Part shown: one piece after another, positions 47,602 through 56,655 of the stretch
Position numbering within the stretch: the first letter of the stretch is position 1
Layout of the letters: every line of letters starts with the position of its first letter
Source of the DNA: Chitinophagales bacterium
GTDB lineage: Bacteria; Bacteroidota; Bacteroidia; Chitinophagales; Chitinophagaceae
Length of the DNA: 64,000 nt
Assembly: GCA_026931325.1 (NCBI GenBank)
Contig: JAIXLO010000129.1
Span: 19,685 to 83,684, forward strand
Direction of reading: 5' to 3'
Program-made: the position numbers and the translations under genes
The notes under the pieces: model-generated
What the model saw: the letters and a program-made list of their open reading frames with translations, nothing else
The model's database searches: none
Told to the model about the DNA's origin: nothing

Positions 47602-49008
47602 ATGGCATACGATGTAGTAGTAATTGGTAGTGGACCAGGTGGTTACCCAGCTGCTATCAGAGCTTCTCAATTAGGTTTTAAAGTAGCAATTATCGAAAAA
47701 GAAAATTTAGGAGGTATTTGCTTAAACTGGGGTTGCATTCCTACTAAGGCTTTAGTAAAAAGTGCACAAGTTTATGAGTATATAAAACATAGCACAGATT
47801 ATGGAATAAATGCAAGTGGTTCTCATGATTTTAGTGCTGTAGTTAAGCGTAGCCGTGGTGTTGCTGATAAAATGAGTAAAGGCGTTCAGTTTTTAATGAA
47901 GAAAAATAAAATTGATGTTATTGCTGGATATGGTAAAGTAAAAGGTAAAGGACAAACAGAAATCACTGCTGCTGATGGCACTAAACAAATTATTGAAAGC
48001 AAATATATTGTTATAGCAACTGGTGGTCGTAGCAGAGAATTACCAAATTTAAAACAAGATGGTACAAAAGTAATTGGCTACAGAGAGGCTTTAGCTTTGC
48101 CTACACAACCCAAAAGCATGATTATTGTAGGAAGTGGAGCAATAGGAGTAGAGTTTGCTTATTTTTATAATAGTATGGGTACAAAAGTTACTATTGTAGA
48201 ATTTATGCCACGTATAGTACCTGTAGAAGATGAAGATATTTCTAAAGAATTAGAAAAACAATATAAAAAACAAGGGATTGAAATTATGACTAGTTCTTCT
48301 GTTGAAAGTGTTAATACTTCAGGATCTGGTGTAAAAGCATTAGTAAAAAATCAAGATGGTAGTACAATAACTTTGGAAGCTGATATCGTTTTAAGTGCAG
48401 TAGGTGTTGTAGCAAATATTGAAAATATTGGGTTAGAAGAAAATGGAATTAAAACAGAGAAAGGAAAAATAATTGTAGATAAATATCAGCAAACTTCTGT
48501 AGCAGGTATTTATGCAATAGGAGATTGTAGTCCTGGACAAGCATTAGCCCATGTAGCTTCTAAAGAAGGAATTAATGCTGCAGAACACATGGCTTATTTA
48601 GAAAAGAAACATGCTCATTTGCCTGAACCATTAGACTATAACAATATTCCAGGATGTACTTATTGCTTACCTGAAATAAGTAGTGTTGGCTATACAGAAA
48701 AAGCTGCAAAAGATGCAGGTTATGATATTAAAGTTGGTAAATTCCCATTTATAGCAAGTGGTAAAGCTGTAGCTGGTGGACATACAGAAGGTTTTATAAA
48801 AGTTATATTTGATGCTAAGTATGGAGAATTTTTAGGTTGTCACATGATAGGTTCTGGTGTTACTGATATGATTGCTGAAGCAGTAGTTGCAAGAAAATTA
48901 GAAACCACAGCACATGAAATTTTAAATGCAGTACATCCTCACCCTACTATGAGTGAAGGTTTAAAAGAAGCAGTGGCTGCTGCTTATGGTGAAGCAATAG
49001 ATATTTAA
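47602..49008 (+). CDS. lpdA: dihydrolipoyl dehydrogenase
   Basis: 468 aa. GSGPGGY, redox-active GGICLNWGCIPTK, C-terminal HPHPTMSE. Confidence 0.95.
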   Translation: MAYDVVVIGSGPGGYPAAIRASQLGFKVAIIEKENLGGICLNWGCIPTKALVKSAQVYEYIKHSTDYGINASGSHDFSAVVKRSRGVADKMSKGVQFLMKKNKIDVIAGYGKVKGKGQTEITAADGTKQIIESKYIVIATGGRSRELPNLKQDGTKVIGYREALALPTQPKSMIIVGSGAIGVEFAYFYNSMGTKVTIVEFMPRIVPVEDEDISKELEKQYKKQGIEIMTSSSVESVNTSGSGVKALVKNQDGSTITLEADIVLSAVGVVANIENIGLEENGIKTEKGKIIVDKYQQTSVAGIYAIGDCSPGQALAHVASKEGINAAEHMAYLEKKHAHLPEPLDYNNIPGCTYCLPEISSVGYTEKAAKDAGYDIKVGKFPFIASGKAVAGGHTEGFIKVIFDAKYGEFLGCHMIGSGVTDMIAEAVVARKLETTAHEILNAVHPHPTMSEGLKEAVAAAYGEAIDI

Positions 49009-49025
49009 TAATAAATTTTATTAGT

Positions 49026-49057
49026 AAACTGTCTCAGTAAAATATGAGGCAGTTTTT
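49026..49057 (+). terminator. rho-independent terminator after lpdA
   Basis: AAACTGTCTCA-gtaaaata-TGAGGCAGTTT with a T run. Confidence 0.65.
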
Positions 49058-49155
49058 ATTTTACATCTGTTTGTATTAAAAACATTGAAAATCAATAAGT
49101 TTAGTGTATAATAGCTACAAGTAGATAAATACCTAAAATAATTTTAGAAACTTTT

Positions 49156-49185
49156 TTTGAATTTCGGCACTTACGCCTATCTTTG
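49156..49185 (+). promoter_or_regulatory. Bacteroidetes-type promoter for infA (TTTG -33, TAtcTTTG -7)
   Basis: TTTG at 49156..49159 and TATCTTTG at 49178..49185, spaced 18 nt. The -7 box ends 14 nt before the infA ATG. Confidence 0.5.
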
Positions 49186-49199
49186 CAGCCCGAAAAAAT

Positions 49200-49418
49200 A
49201 TGTCTAAGCAACAACTGATTAAACAAGATGGAATTATTATAGAAGCTCTGAGCAATGCGATGTTTAGAGTGAAGTTAGAAAACGGGCATGAAATATTAGC
49301 TACTATTTCAGGAAAAATGAGAATGCACTATATCAGAATTTTGCCAGGCGATAAAGTAGGTGTTGAGATGAGCCCTTATGATTTAAGTAGAGGAAGAATA
49401 AATTTTAGATATAAATAA
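49200..49418 (+). CDS. infA: translation initiation factor IF-1
   Basis: 72 aa. Canonical S1-like IF-1. Confidence 0.95.
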   Translation: MSKQQLIKQDGIIIEALSNAMFRVKLENGHEILATISGKMRMHYIRILPGDKVGVEMSPYDLSRGRINFRYK

Positions 49419-49465
49419 ATTGGGTTCAACATAAAAATAAAAGTAAAAGCTAAAAACTTAAAATA

Positions 49466-49582
49466 ATGAGAGTAAGAGCATCAATTAAAAAACGTAGTGC
49501 AGATTGCAAAATTGTTAGACGTGGAGGAAAACTCTATGTAATTAACAAAAAAAATCCTCGTTTTAAACAAAGACAAGGATAA
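49466..49582 (+). CDS. rpmJ: 50S ribosomal protein L36
   Basis: Not in track (<60 aa). Translation is [38 protein letters not shown]. Confidence 0.9.
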   Translation: MRVRASIKKRSADCKIVRRGGKLYVINKKNPRFKQRQG

Positions 49583-49642
49583 AATTGTAATAGCAAATAA
49601 GTAGTAATAAAAACTAAAAACTTAACATTAAAAATAATTTAA

Positions 49643-50023
49643 ATGGCTCGTATTGCTGGTATAGATTTACCAAAAAATAAAAGAGGAGAAATAGGATTAA
49701 CCTATATATATGGAATAGGTCGTTCTACTGCACAGTATATTCTTACAAAAGCAGGAATTGATTTTGATAAAAAAGTAAGTCAATGGAACGATGAAGAGCA
49801 ATCTGCTATTCGTAATATTATAACAGAAGAAATAAAAGTAGAAGGTGCATTACGTAGTGAAACGCAAATGAATATTAAGCGTTTATTAGATATTGCTTGT
49901 TATCGTGGATTACGTCATAGAAAAGGATTACCTGTTCGTGGACAACGTACAAAAACAAACAGTCGTACAAGAAAAGGTAAACGTAAAACAGTGGCAGGCA
50001 AAAAGAAAGCACCTAAGAAGTAA
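49643..50023 (+). CDS. rpsM: 30S ribosomal protein S13
   Basis: [14 protein letters not shown]... canonical. Confidence 0.95.
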   Translation: MARIAGIDLPKNKRGEIGLTYIYGIGRSTAQYILTKAGIDFDKKVSQWNDEEQSAIRNIITEEIKVEGALRSETQMNIKRLLDIACYRGLRHRKGLPVRGQRTKTNSRTRKGKRKTVAGKKKAPKK

Positions 50024-50165
50024 TAATATAGTAAATCCCAAATTCTATTTTATATGGAATTTTGATTTTTCATTTTTAATATTATATAAAACGTTGGATA
50101 GTTTGGCTAAAGTAGCTTAAACAGGAGACGTAAAAATTTAGAAGATTACCTAAAAAAAACAAAAA

Positions 50166-50576
50166 ATGGCAAAACCAGCAAAAGCACAAAACAGTGCAAA
50201 GGCAGCATCAAAAAAAAGAATCGTAAAAGTAGATGCTGCTGGAGAAGTTAGAATTAATGCAACTTTCAACAACATTATTATTTCATTTACCAATAAATCA
50301 GGGCAAGTAATTTCTTGGTCATCTGCCGGTAAAATGGGTTTTCGTGGTTCTAAAAAAAATACACCTTATGCTGCTCAAATGGCAGCTTCAGATGCAGCTA
50401 AAGTTGCTGCTGATGCAGGCTTAAAAAGAGTAGATGTATTTGTAAAAGGACCAGGTTCAGGACGTGAAGGAGCTATTAGAAGTATAGCTCAAAGTGGTAT
50501 TGAAGTAACTTCTATTAAAGATGTTACACCAATTCCTCATAATGGATGTCGTCCTCCAAAGAAAAGAAGAGTTTAA
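50166..50576 (+). CDS. rpsK: 30S ribosomal protein S11
   Basis: ...[21 protein letters not shown]...[13 protein letters not shown] canonical. Confidence 0.95.
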   Translation: MAKPAKAQNSAKAASKKRIVKVDAAGEVRINATFNNIIISFTNKSGQVISWSSAGKMGFRGSKKNTPYAAQMAASDAAKVAADAGLKRVDVFVKGPGSGREGAIRSIAQSGIEVTSIKDVTPIPHNGCRPPKKRRV

Positions 50577-50619
50577 TTTTTATCAATATTATTGAGCCAA
50601 AAGGTTCATTTTTAAAAAG

Positions 50620-50663
50620 GTTGTTCGATTAATTTTTTATGGTTTTTTACCGATCGAAACAAC
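50620..50663 (+). promoter_or_regulatory. hairpin in the rpsD leader (candidate S4 autoregulatory leader)
   Basis: GTTGTTCGAT ... ATCGAAACAAC (10 bp stem, one bulged A, 23-nt loop). The stem ends 31 nt upstream of the rpsD ATG. Confidence 0.3.
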
Positions 50664-50694
50664 GATTCAAAAAAAACCAAAATGAATAAATAAT

Positions 50695-51300
50695 ATGGCA
50701 CGTTACACAGGTCCTAAGACCAGAATTTCTAGAATTTTTGGAGAGCCTATTTTAGGCAATGGCAAATGGCTTACTAAAAATAGTAACCCTCCAGGTCAGC
50801 ATGGAGCAGCAAGAAAGCGTAAATCATTAGGTGAATATGCTTTGCAGTTAAGAGAAAAACAAAAAGCAAAATTTACTTATGGTGTTTTAGAACGTCAGTT
50901 CAGAAAAACATTTGATGAAGCTTCTCGTATGAAAGGTATTAAAGGTGAAAATTTAATCAAGCTTTTAGAAGCAAGATTAGATAATACAATCTTTCGTATG
51001 GGTTTAGCTGCAAGTCGTCCAGAAGCTAGACAATTAGTAGCTCATAAACACATTGCTGTTAATGGAGAAGTTACTAATATTCCTTCTTACTCTTGTAAGC
51101 CAGGAGATATTATTACTTATCGTCCTAAGAGTGAACATAATAGCTCTATTACAAGTAAAAGTCGTGGTAAAAATCCTAAATTCAGTTGGTTAGATTGGAA
51201 TGAAACTGAAAAGAAAGGAACTTTTATTACTTATCCAGAAAGAGAACATGTTCCTGAAAACATTAAAGAGCAATTAATTGTAGAGTTATACTCTAAATAA
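50695..51300 (+). CDS. rpsD: 30S ribosomal protein S4
   Basis: MARYTGPKTRISRIFGEPI... canonical. Confidence 0.95.
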   Translation: MARYTGPKTRISRIFGEPILGNGKWLTKNSNPPGQHGAARKRKSLGEYALQLREKQKAKFTYGVLERQFRKTFDEASRMKGIKGENLIKLLEARLDNTIFRMGLAASRPEARQLVAHKHIAVNGEVTNIPSYSCKPGDIITYRPKSEHNSSITSKSRGKNPKFSWLDWNETEKKGTFITYPEREHVPENIKEQLIVELYSK

Positions 51301-51333
51301 TTCTATTTAAGAGTTGCTGCATAAAGTATTAAA

Positions 51334-51361
51334 AGTACAAGAGTGCGACGCAACAGGTGTT
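51334..51361 (+). promoter_or_regulatory. GC-rich 28-nt motif in the rpsD-rpoA spacer (copy of 16469..16496)
   Basis: AGTACAAGAGTGCGACGCAACAGGTGTT, ending 65 nt upstream of the rpoA ATG. Confidence 0.4.
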
Positions 51362-51426
51362 TAAAAGAATTACAAAAGTTGATATCAATAAAATAAATTT
51401 TAATCAAATAAAACAAGGAATATAAA

Positions 51427-52428
51427 ATGGCCATTTTAAACTTCCAAAAACCAGACAAAATTGTTTTACAAAAAGTAACAGACTTTGAAGGACAATTTGA
51501 ATTTCGCCCATTAGAACCAGGATTTGGTTTAACAGTAGGTAATGCTTTACGCAGAGTATTACTTAGTAGTCTTGAAGGTTATGCAATTACAGGTATAAAA
51601 ATTGAAGGTGTAGAACATGAATTTGCAACTATTAAAGGAATTACTGAAGACGTTACTGAAATTATCTTAAATTTAAAACAAGTAAGATTTAAGAAAAAAG
51701 TAGATCATGATGTAAATAATGAAAAACTGATGTTATCTATAAAAGGTAATACAGAATTTAATGCAGGTCATATTGGCGAAGCTTCTGTAAATTTTGAAGT
51801 AATGAATCCTGACTTGGTTATTTGCACAATGGATAATACTGCTAAACTTAATATTGAAATTACTATTACTAAAGGTCGTGGTTATATACCTTCTGAAGAT
51901 AATAAAGTAAAAGATGCTCCATTAGGTTATATAGCAATTGATTCAATACATACACCAATTAAGAATGTAAAATATTCAATTGAAAACTATCGTGTTGAAC
52001 AAAGAACAGACTTTGAAAAACTAATTTTAGAAGTTGCTACAGATGGCACTATTCATCCTGAAGAAGCAGTTAAGCAAGCTTCTCGTATATTGATTCAACA
52101 CTTGATGATTATTACTGACGAAAATATAACATTTGACAGTAAAGAGGATAAGAAAGAAGATGTTGTAGATGAACAAGTATTACAATTACGTAAAATGCTT
52201 AAAACACCATTAGAAGATTTAGATCTTTCTGTTCGTGCATTTAATTGTTTAAAAGCTGCTAAAATAAATTCATTAAGTGAATTAGTTCAATATGAACAAG
52301 AAGATTTGATGAAGTTTAGAAACTTTGGTCAAAAATCTTTATCTGAAATTGAACAAGTATTAAGCGAAAGAGGTTTAAGTTTTGGAATGGATTTAGAAAG
52401 ATTAGGTTTAAACATTTCTGATAATTAA
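51427..52428 (+). CDS. rpoA: DNA-directed RNA polymerase subunit alpha
   Basis: 333 aa. [11 protein letters not shown], and C-terminal domain [22 protein letters not shown]. Confidence 0.95.
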   Translation: MAILNFQKPDKIVLQKVTDFEGQFEFRPLEPGFGLTVGNALRRVLLSSLEGYAITGIKIEGVEHEFATIKGITEDVTEIILNLKQVRFKKKVDHDVNNEKLMLSIKGNTEFNAGHIGEASVNFEVMNPDLVICTMDNTAKLNIEITITKGRGYIPSEDNKVKDAPLGYIAIDSIHTPIKNVKYSIENYRVEQRTDFEKLILEVATDGTIHPEEAVKQASRILIQHLMIITDENITFDSKEDKKEDVVDEQVLQLRKMLKTPLEDLDLSVRAFNCLKAAKINSLSELVQYEQEDLMKFRNFGQKSLSEIEQVLSERGLSFGMDLERLGLNISDN

Positions 52429-52488
52429 TATTAATTTTATAACAAAGCTTATAATTCCTGACACGGTATAAGCTAAAAACTAATAATC

Positions 52489-53010
52489 ATGCGTCACGGA
52501 GATAAAATAAATAATTTAGGTCGTAAAAAGGCACACAGAGAAGCCCTTTTAAGCAACTTAGCTTCTCAATTAATTGTTCATAAACGTATTGTAACAACTT
52601 TAGCTAAAGCAAAAGCTTTACGCACTTATGTTGAGCCATTAATTACAAAAACTAAAAAAGGAGATAGCAAAGAAACTATCAGCCATCAGCATCGTGTAGT
52701 GTTTAGTTATTTACAAGATAAAGCAGCAACAAAGGAATTATTTACAGTAGTTGCTCCTAAAATTTTAAGTAGACCAGGTGGTTATACAAGAATTATTAAA
52801 TTAGGTATTCGTCCTGGAGATAATGCAGAAAAAGCTATGATTGAATTAGTAGATTTCAATGAAATATATACTAAGGGTTCATCTAAACCAGCTGAAGCTA
52901 CTAAGAAAACTCGTAGAAGTGGTGGTAAGAAAAAAGCTACAACTGCAAAAGCAGAAACTGAAACTACAACAACTGAATCAGCAACAGAAGAAACAAAAAC
53001 AGAAGAATAA
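52489..53010 (+). CDS. rplQ: 50S ribosomal protein L17
   Basis: [21 protein letters not shown]... with a Thr/Glu/Lys-rich C-terminal extension. Confidence 0.95.
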   Translation: MRHGDKINNLGRKKAHREALLSNLASQLIVHKRIVTTLAKAKALRTYVEPLITKTKKGDSKETISHQHRVVFSYLQDKAATKELFTVVAPKILSRPGGYTRIIKLGIRPGDNAEKAMIELVDFNEIYTKGSSKPAEATKKTRRSGGKKKATTAKAETETTTTESATEETKTEE

Positions 53011-53041
53011 GATATTCAAATAAATGTTGAGAAGTTTTTAA

Positions 53042-53079
53042 ATAAAGGCAAGAATTTTACTTCTTGCCTTTATTATTTT
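53042..53079 (+). terminator. rho-independent terminator after rplQ
   Basis: 13-bp perfect stem ATAAAGGCAAGAA-ttttac-TTCTTGCCTTTAT followed by TATTTT. Confidence 0.7.
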
Positions 53080-53102
53080 GCAACTGATTTAAAAATTTCA
53101 AA

Positions 53103-54197
53103 ATGTCATTAGAAAAAAAACAAGCTATTTTATTATTAAATGATGGTACCATTTTTTATGGAAAAGCATTTGGTAAAATTGGAACTACTACTGGTGAACT
53201 TTGTTTTAGCACAGGAATGACAGGCTATCAAGAAGTATTTACAGATCCAAGTTATGCAGGGCAAATATTAATTATGAATTCTGTGCATATAGGAAATTAT
53301 GGTGTTAATGAAACAGATAAAGAAAGTGATAGTGTAAAAATTAAAGGACTTATAGCAAGAAATTTAGAAGAGCAATATAGCCGAATACAAGCAAAAGGCT
53401 CATTACAAGATTATTTGATAGAAAATAATATTGTTGCTATTGAAGACATTGATACAAGAGCATTAGTAACACATATAAGAACTAAAGGTGCAATGAATTG
53501 TATCATATCTTCTGATATTGATGATATTGAAAAATTGAAAATAGAATTAGCCAAATGCCCTGATATGAATGGCTTAGAACTTTCATCAACTGTTAGCACA
53601 AAAGAAGAGTATGAATTAGGTAATAAAAATGCTAACATTAAAGTTGCTGTACTTGACTTAGGAATAAAGAAAAATATCTTGCAATGTCTTATTGATAGAG
53701 ATATGTATATAAAAGTTTTTCCAGCAAAAACATCTTTTAGTACTATGAAAAAATTTAACCCAACAGGTTATTTTATTTCAAATGGTCCAGGCGATCCTTC
53801 TGCTATGCCTTATGCAGTTGAAACTGTAAAAGAAATTCTTAAAGAAAATAAACCAATGTTTGGAATTTGTTTGGGGCATCAATTATTAGCATTAGCTAAC
53901 GGAATATCCACTTTTAAAATGCATCATGGACATAGAGGCTTAAATCATCCTGTAAAAAATATTATTACTGGCCGTTGTGAAATCACTACACAAAATCATG
54001 GGTTTGGAATATTTTCAGATGACGTAAATAAAAATCAAGAAATAGAAATTACACATATTAATTTGAATGATAATAGTATAGAAGGAATAAGACTAAAAAA
54101 TAAACCAGTATTTTCTGTACAATATCATCCTGAAGCAACGCCAGGACCTCATGATAGCAGATATTTATTTGATGATTTTCTTACAATGATGAAATAA
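53103..54197 (+). CDS. carA: carbamoyl-phosphate synthase small (glutaminase) subunit
   Basis: 364 aa. Catalytic GICLGHQ and HGHRG, with the His-Glu region QYHPE. Confidence 0.95.
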   Translation: MSLEKKQAILLLNDGTIFYGKAFGKIGTTTGELCFSTGMTGYQEVFTDPSYAGQILIMNSVHIGNYGVNETDKESDSVKIKGLIARNLEEQYSRIQAKGSLQDYLIENNIVAIEDIDTRALVTHIRTKGAMNCIISSDIDDIEKLKIELAKCPDMNGLELSSTVSTKEEYELGNKNANIKVAVLDLGIKKNILQCLIDRDMYIKVFPAKTSFSTMKKFNPTGYFISNGPGDPSAMPYAVETVKEILKENKPMFGICLGHQLLALANGISTFKMHHGHRGLNHPVKNIITGRCEITTQNHGFGIFSDDVNKNQEIEITHINLNDNSIEGIRLKNKPVFSVQYHPEATPGPHDSRYLFDDFLTMMK

Positions 54198-54302
54198 TTT
54201 ATTCAACTAAAAATTTTTATTAATTAAGCAATACTGCCAAATTTACCTAAATATTGTTACGGCAAAGTATTTGTTTAATTCATAAAGCAATATTCTAAAA
54301 CT

Positions 54303-54860
54303 ATGAAAGAGAAAGAATTACAGGCAAATGAAGCCCAAGAAAATACAATGAATATAAATGCTGACGAAAATGCAGCAGGTACTAATCTATTAAATGACAA
54401 TATAGAAGAAAGCGAAACTGATAAATTGATGAATGAACTAAATGAACAAAAAGATAAGTACTTAAGGCTTGCTGCAGAGTTTGATAATTTTAGAAAAAGA
54501 ACATCAAAAGAAAAGCTTGAGTTAATACAAACTGCTGGTAAAGACGTAATCATTTCTTTATTAGAAGTTTTAGATGATATAGACCGTGCAGAAATTCAAT
54601 TAAATAGTGATACTGATTTTGCTTTACAACAAGAGGGAGTAAAATTGATTTTTAATAAACTAAAATCTAATTTACAAAGCAAAGGTTTAAAAGCTTTAGA
54701 AAGTATCAATACTGATTTTGATATAGAAAAGCATGAAGCTGTATCTGAAATTGCAGCACCTACTGAAGAATTAAAAGGAAAAGTGATTGATGAAATAGTG
54801 AAAGGTTATTACTTGAATGATAAGCTAATACGTTTTGCTAAAGTGGTTGTAGGTAAATAA
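54303..54860 (+). CDS. grpE: nucleotide exchange factor GrpE
   Basis: 185 aa. YLRLAAEFDNFRKR motif. Confidence 0.9.
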   Translation: MKEKELQANEAQENTMNINADENAAGTNLLNDNIEESETDKLMNELNEQKDKYLRLAAEFDNFRKRTSKEKLELIQTAGKDVIISLLEVLDDIDRAEIQLNSDTDFALQQEGVKLIFNKLKSNLQSKGLKALESINTDFDIEKHEAVSEIAAPTEELKGKVIDEIVKGYYLNDKLIRFAKVVVGK

Positions 54861-54916
54861 TTTTTAAAAAATTGTGTAGTTAAATTTTATTACACAAAAT
54901 TAATTTACGATTCATT

Positions 54917-56080
54917 ATGGCTGATAAAAGAGATTATTACGAAGTATTAGGTGTTTCAAAAACTGCTTCTGCAGATGAAATAAAAAAAGCTTATCGTAAA
55001 GTTGCCATGCAATATCACCCAGATAGAAACCCTGGTGATAAAGTAGCTGAAGAAAAATTTAAAGAAGCAGCCGAAGCTTATGATATTTTAAGTGATGCTG
55101 ATAAAAAGGCTAAGTATGATCGTTATGGACATCAAGCATTTGGACCAGGAATGGGAGGGGGAGGTTTTCATGCAACAAACGTAGAAGATATTTTCTCTCA
55201 CTTTGGAGATATATTTGGGGATGATATGTTTAGTAGCTTTTTTGGAGGTGGAAGAAGAGGAAATGCAGGAGCATCAAAAGCAAGAGGACAAAGAGGAAGT
55301 AACTTACGCATAAAACTAAAATTAAACTTTGCTGAAATTGCTCATGGTGTTACTAAGCAAGTAAAAGTAAAAAAATACATTCGTTGTACTACTTGTGGTG
55401 GTAATGGTGCAAAAGATAAAAGCAGTATTCAAACCTGTCAAACATGTGGTGGTAGTGGACAAGTAAGAAAAGTACAAAATACTTTTTTAGGACAAATGCA
55501 TACTGTAACTACTTGCCCTACTTGTAATGGAGAAGGCTCAACTGTTACAGCAAAATGCACTGCTTGTAAAGGAGAAGGAAGAGTATATGGAGAAGAAACA
55601 ATAAGCATAGATATTCCTGCTGGTGTACAAGATGGTATGCAACTTAGCATGAGTGGCAAAGGAAATGCAGGAGAAAGAGGAGGAGCTTTTGGAGATTTAA
55701 TTATACAAATTGAAGAAGAGCCACATCCAGAATTACAAAGAGATGGTTTAAATGTTGCTTACGATTTATACTTATCTTTTACAGAAGCTACATTTGGCAC
55801 TAATGCAGAAGTACCAACAATAGATGGTAGAGCAAAAATTAAAATTCCTGCTGGTACACAAAGTGGTAAAATTTTTAGATTAAAAGGAAAAGGATTTCCA
55901 GAAATACAAGGCTACAATCGTGGAGACCAATTAGTAAATGTAAATGTTTGGACACCACAAAACTTAACTTCTGAAGAAAAAACTATGTTAGAAAAACTGA
56001 GTAATAGTGCAAACTTTAAGCCACAGCCTAACAAAAATGATAAAAGCTTTTTTGAAAAAATACGAGAAGCCTTTCATTAA
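54917..56080 (+). CDS. dnaJ: molecular chaperone DnaJ
   Basis: 387 aa. J-domain HPDRNP, G/F region, four CxxCxGxG zinc-finger repeats. Confidence 0.95.
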   Translation: MADKRDYYEVLGVSKTASADEIKKAYRKVAMQYHPDRNPGDKVAEEKFKEAAEAYDILSDADKKAKYDRYGHQAFGPGMGGGGFHATNVEDIFSHFGDIFGDDMFSSFFGGGRRGNAGASKARGQRGSNLRIKLKLNFAEIAHGVTKQVKVKKYIRCTTCGGNGAKDKSSIQTCQTCGGSGQVRKVQNTFLGQMHTVTTCPTCNGEGSTVTAKCTACKGEGRVYGEETISIDIPAGVQDGMQLSMSGKGNAGERGGAFGDLIIQIEEEPHPELQRDGLNVAYDLYLSFTEATFGTNAEVPTIDGRAKIKIPAGTQSGKIFRLKGKGFPEIQGYNRGDQLVNVNVWTPQNLTSEEKTMLEKLSNSANFKPQPNKNDKSFFEKIREAFH

Positions 56081-56095
56081 CAAAACAATATTATA

Positions 56096-56128
56096 AAGCC
56101 CTGATTGAATTATTAGGGCTTATTTTTT
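56096..56128 (+). terminator. rho-independent terminator after dnaJ
   Basis: AAGCCCT-gattgaattatt-AGGGCTT followed by ATTTTTT. Confidence 0.6.
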
Positions 56129-56221
56129 ATTGATTTTCCTTATAAATAGTACATTATACTACCATTATCCATATTCATTATTGTTATTAATTAAATAGGA
56201 TTAACTACTATATTTTTTTAT

Positions 56222-56263
56222 CAACTAAAAAAATAGTTGTATAACTAATTATTTAGTTATACA
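56222..56263. promoter_or_regulatory. tandem dyads upstream of blaI: CAACTA-N6-TAGTTG and an 11-bp-arm palindrome TGTATAACTAA-ttat-TTAGTTATACA
   Basis: Read directly. The 26-bp palindrome (56238..56263) ends 24 nt upstream of the blaI-like ATG. Its outer TGTA...TACA recalls BlaI/MecI operator half-sites. Confidence 0.45.
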
Positions 56264-56287
56264 TTTGTTCTTTAAAATGAAAGTTGA

Positions 56288-56650
56288 ATGAACAAACCAT
56301 TAACAAAAGCAGAAGAACAAGTAATGCAAGTAGTATGGAAATTGCAAAAGGCTTACTTAAAAGATATTGTAGAAAACTTACCTGAACCAAAGCCTCATAG
56401 TAACACAGTAGCTACAATATTAAAAATACTTATAGACAAAGGTTATATAACCAATGAAGTACATGGAAGAGTACATTGTTATTCTGCTCTAATCAGTAAA
56501 GAGAAGTATTCATCTTCAAGTATTAAAAGTTTAGTAAACAAATATTTTGAAGGTTCATTTGCCGATGTGGTTTCTTTTATGGTAAAGCATAAAGATTTAA
56601 AAGTAAAAGATTTAGAACTATTACTTCAACAGTTAAAAACTAAAAAGTAA
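56288..56650 (+). CDS. BlaI/MecI/CopY-family transcriptional repressor
   Basis: 120 aa. Winged-helix N-terminus LTKAEEQVMQVVWKL.... Confidence 0.85.
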   Translation: MNKPLTKAEEQVMQVVWKLQKAYLKDIVENLPEPKPHSNTVATILKILIDKGYITNEVHGRVHCYSALISKEKYSSSSIKSLVNKYFEGSFADVVSFMVKHKDLKVKDLELLLQQLKTKK

Positions 56651-56655
56651 TTATT

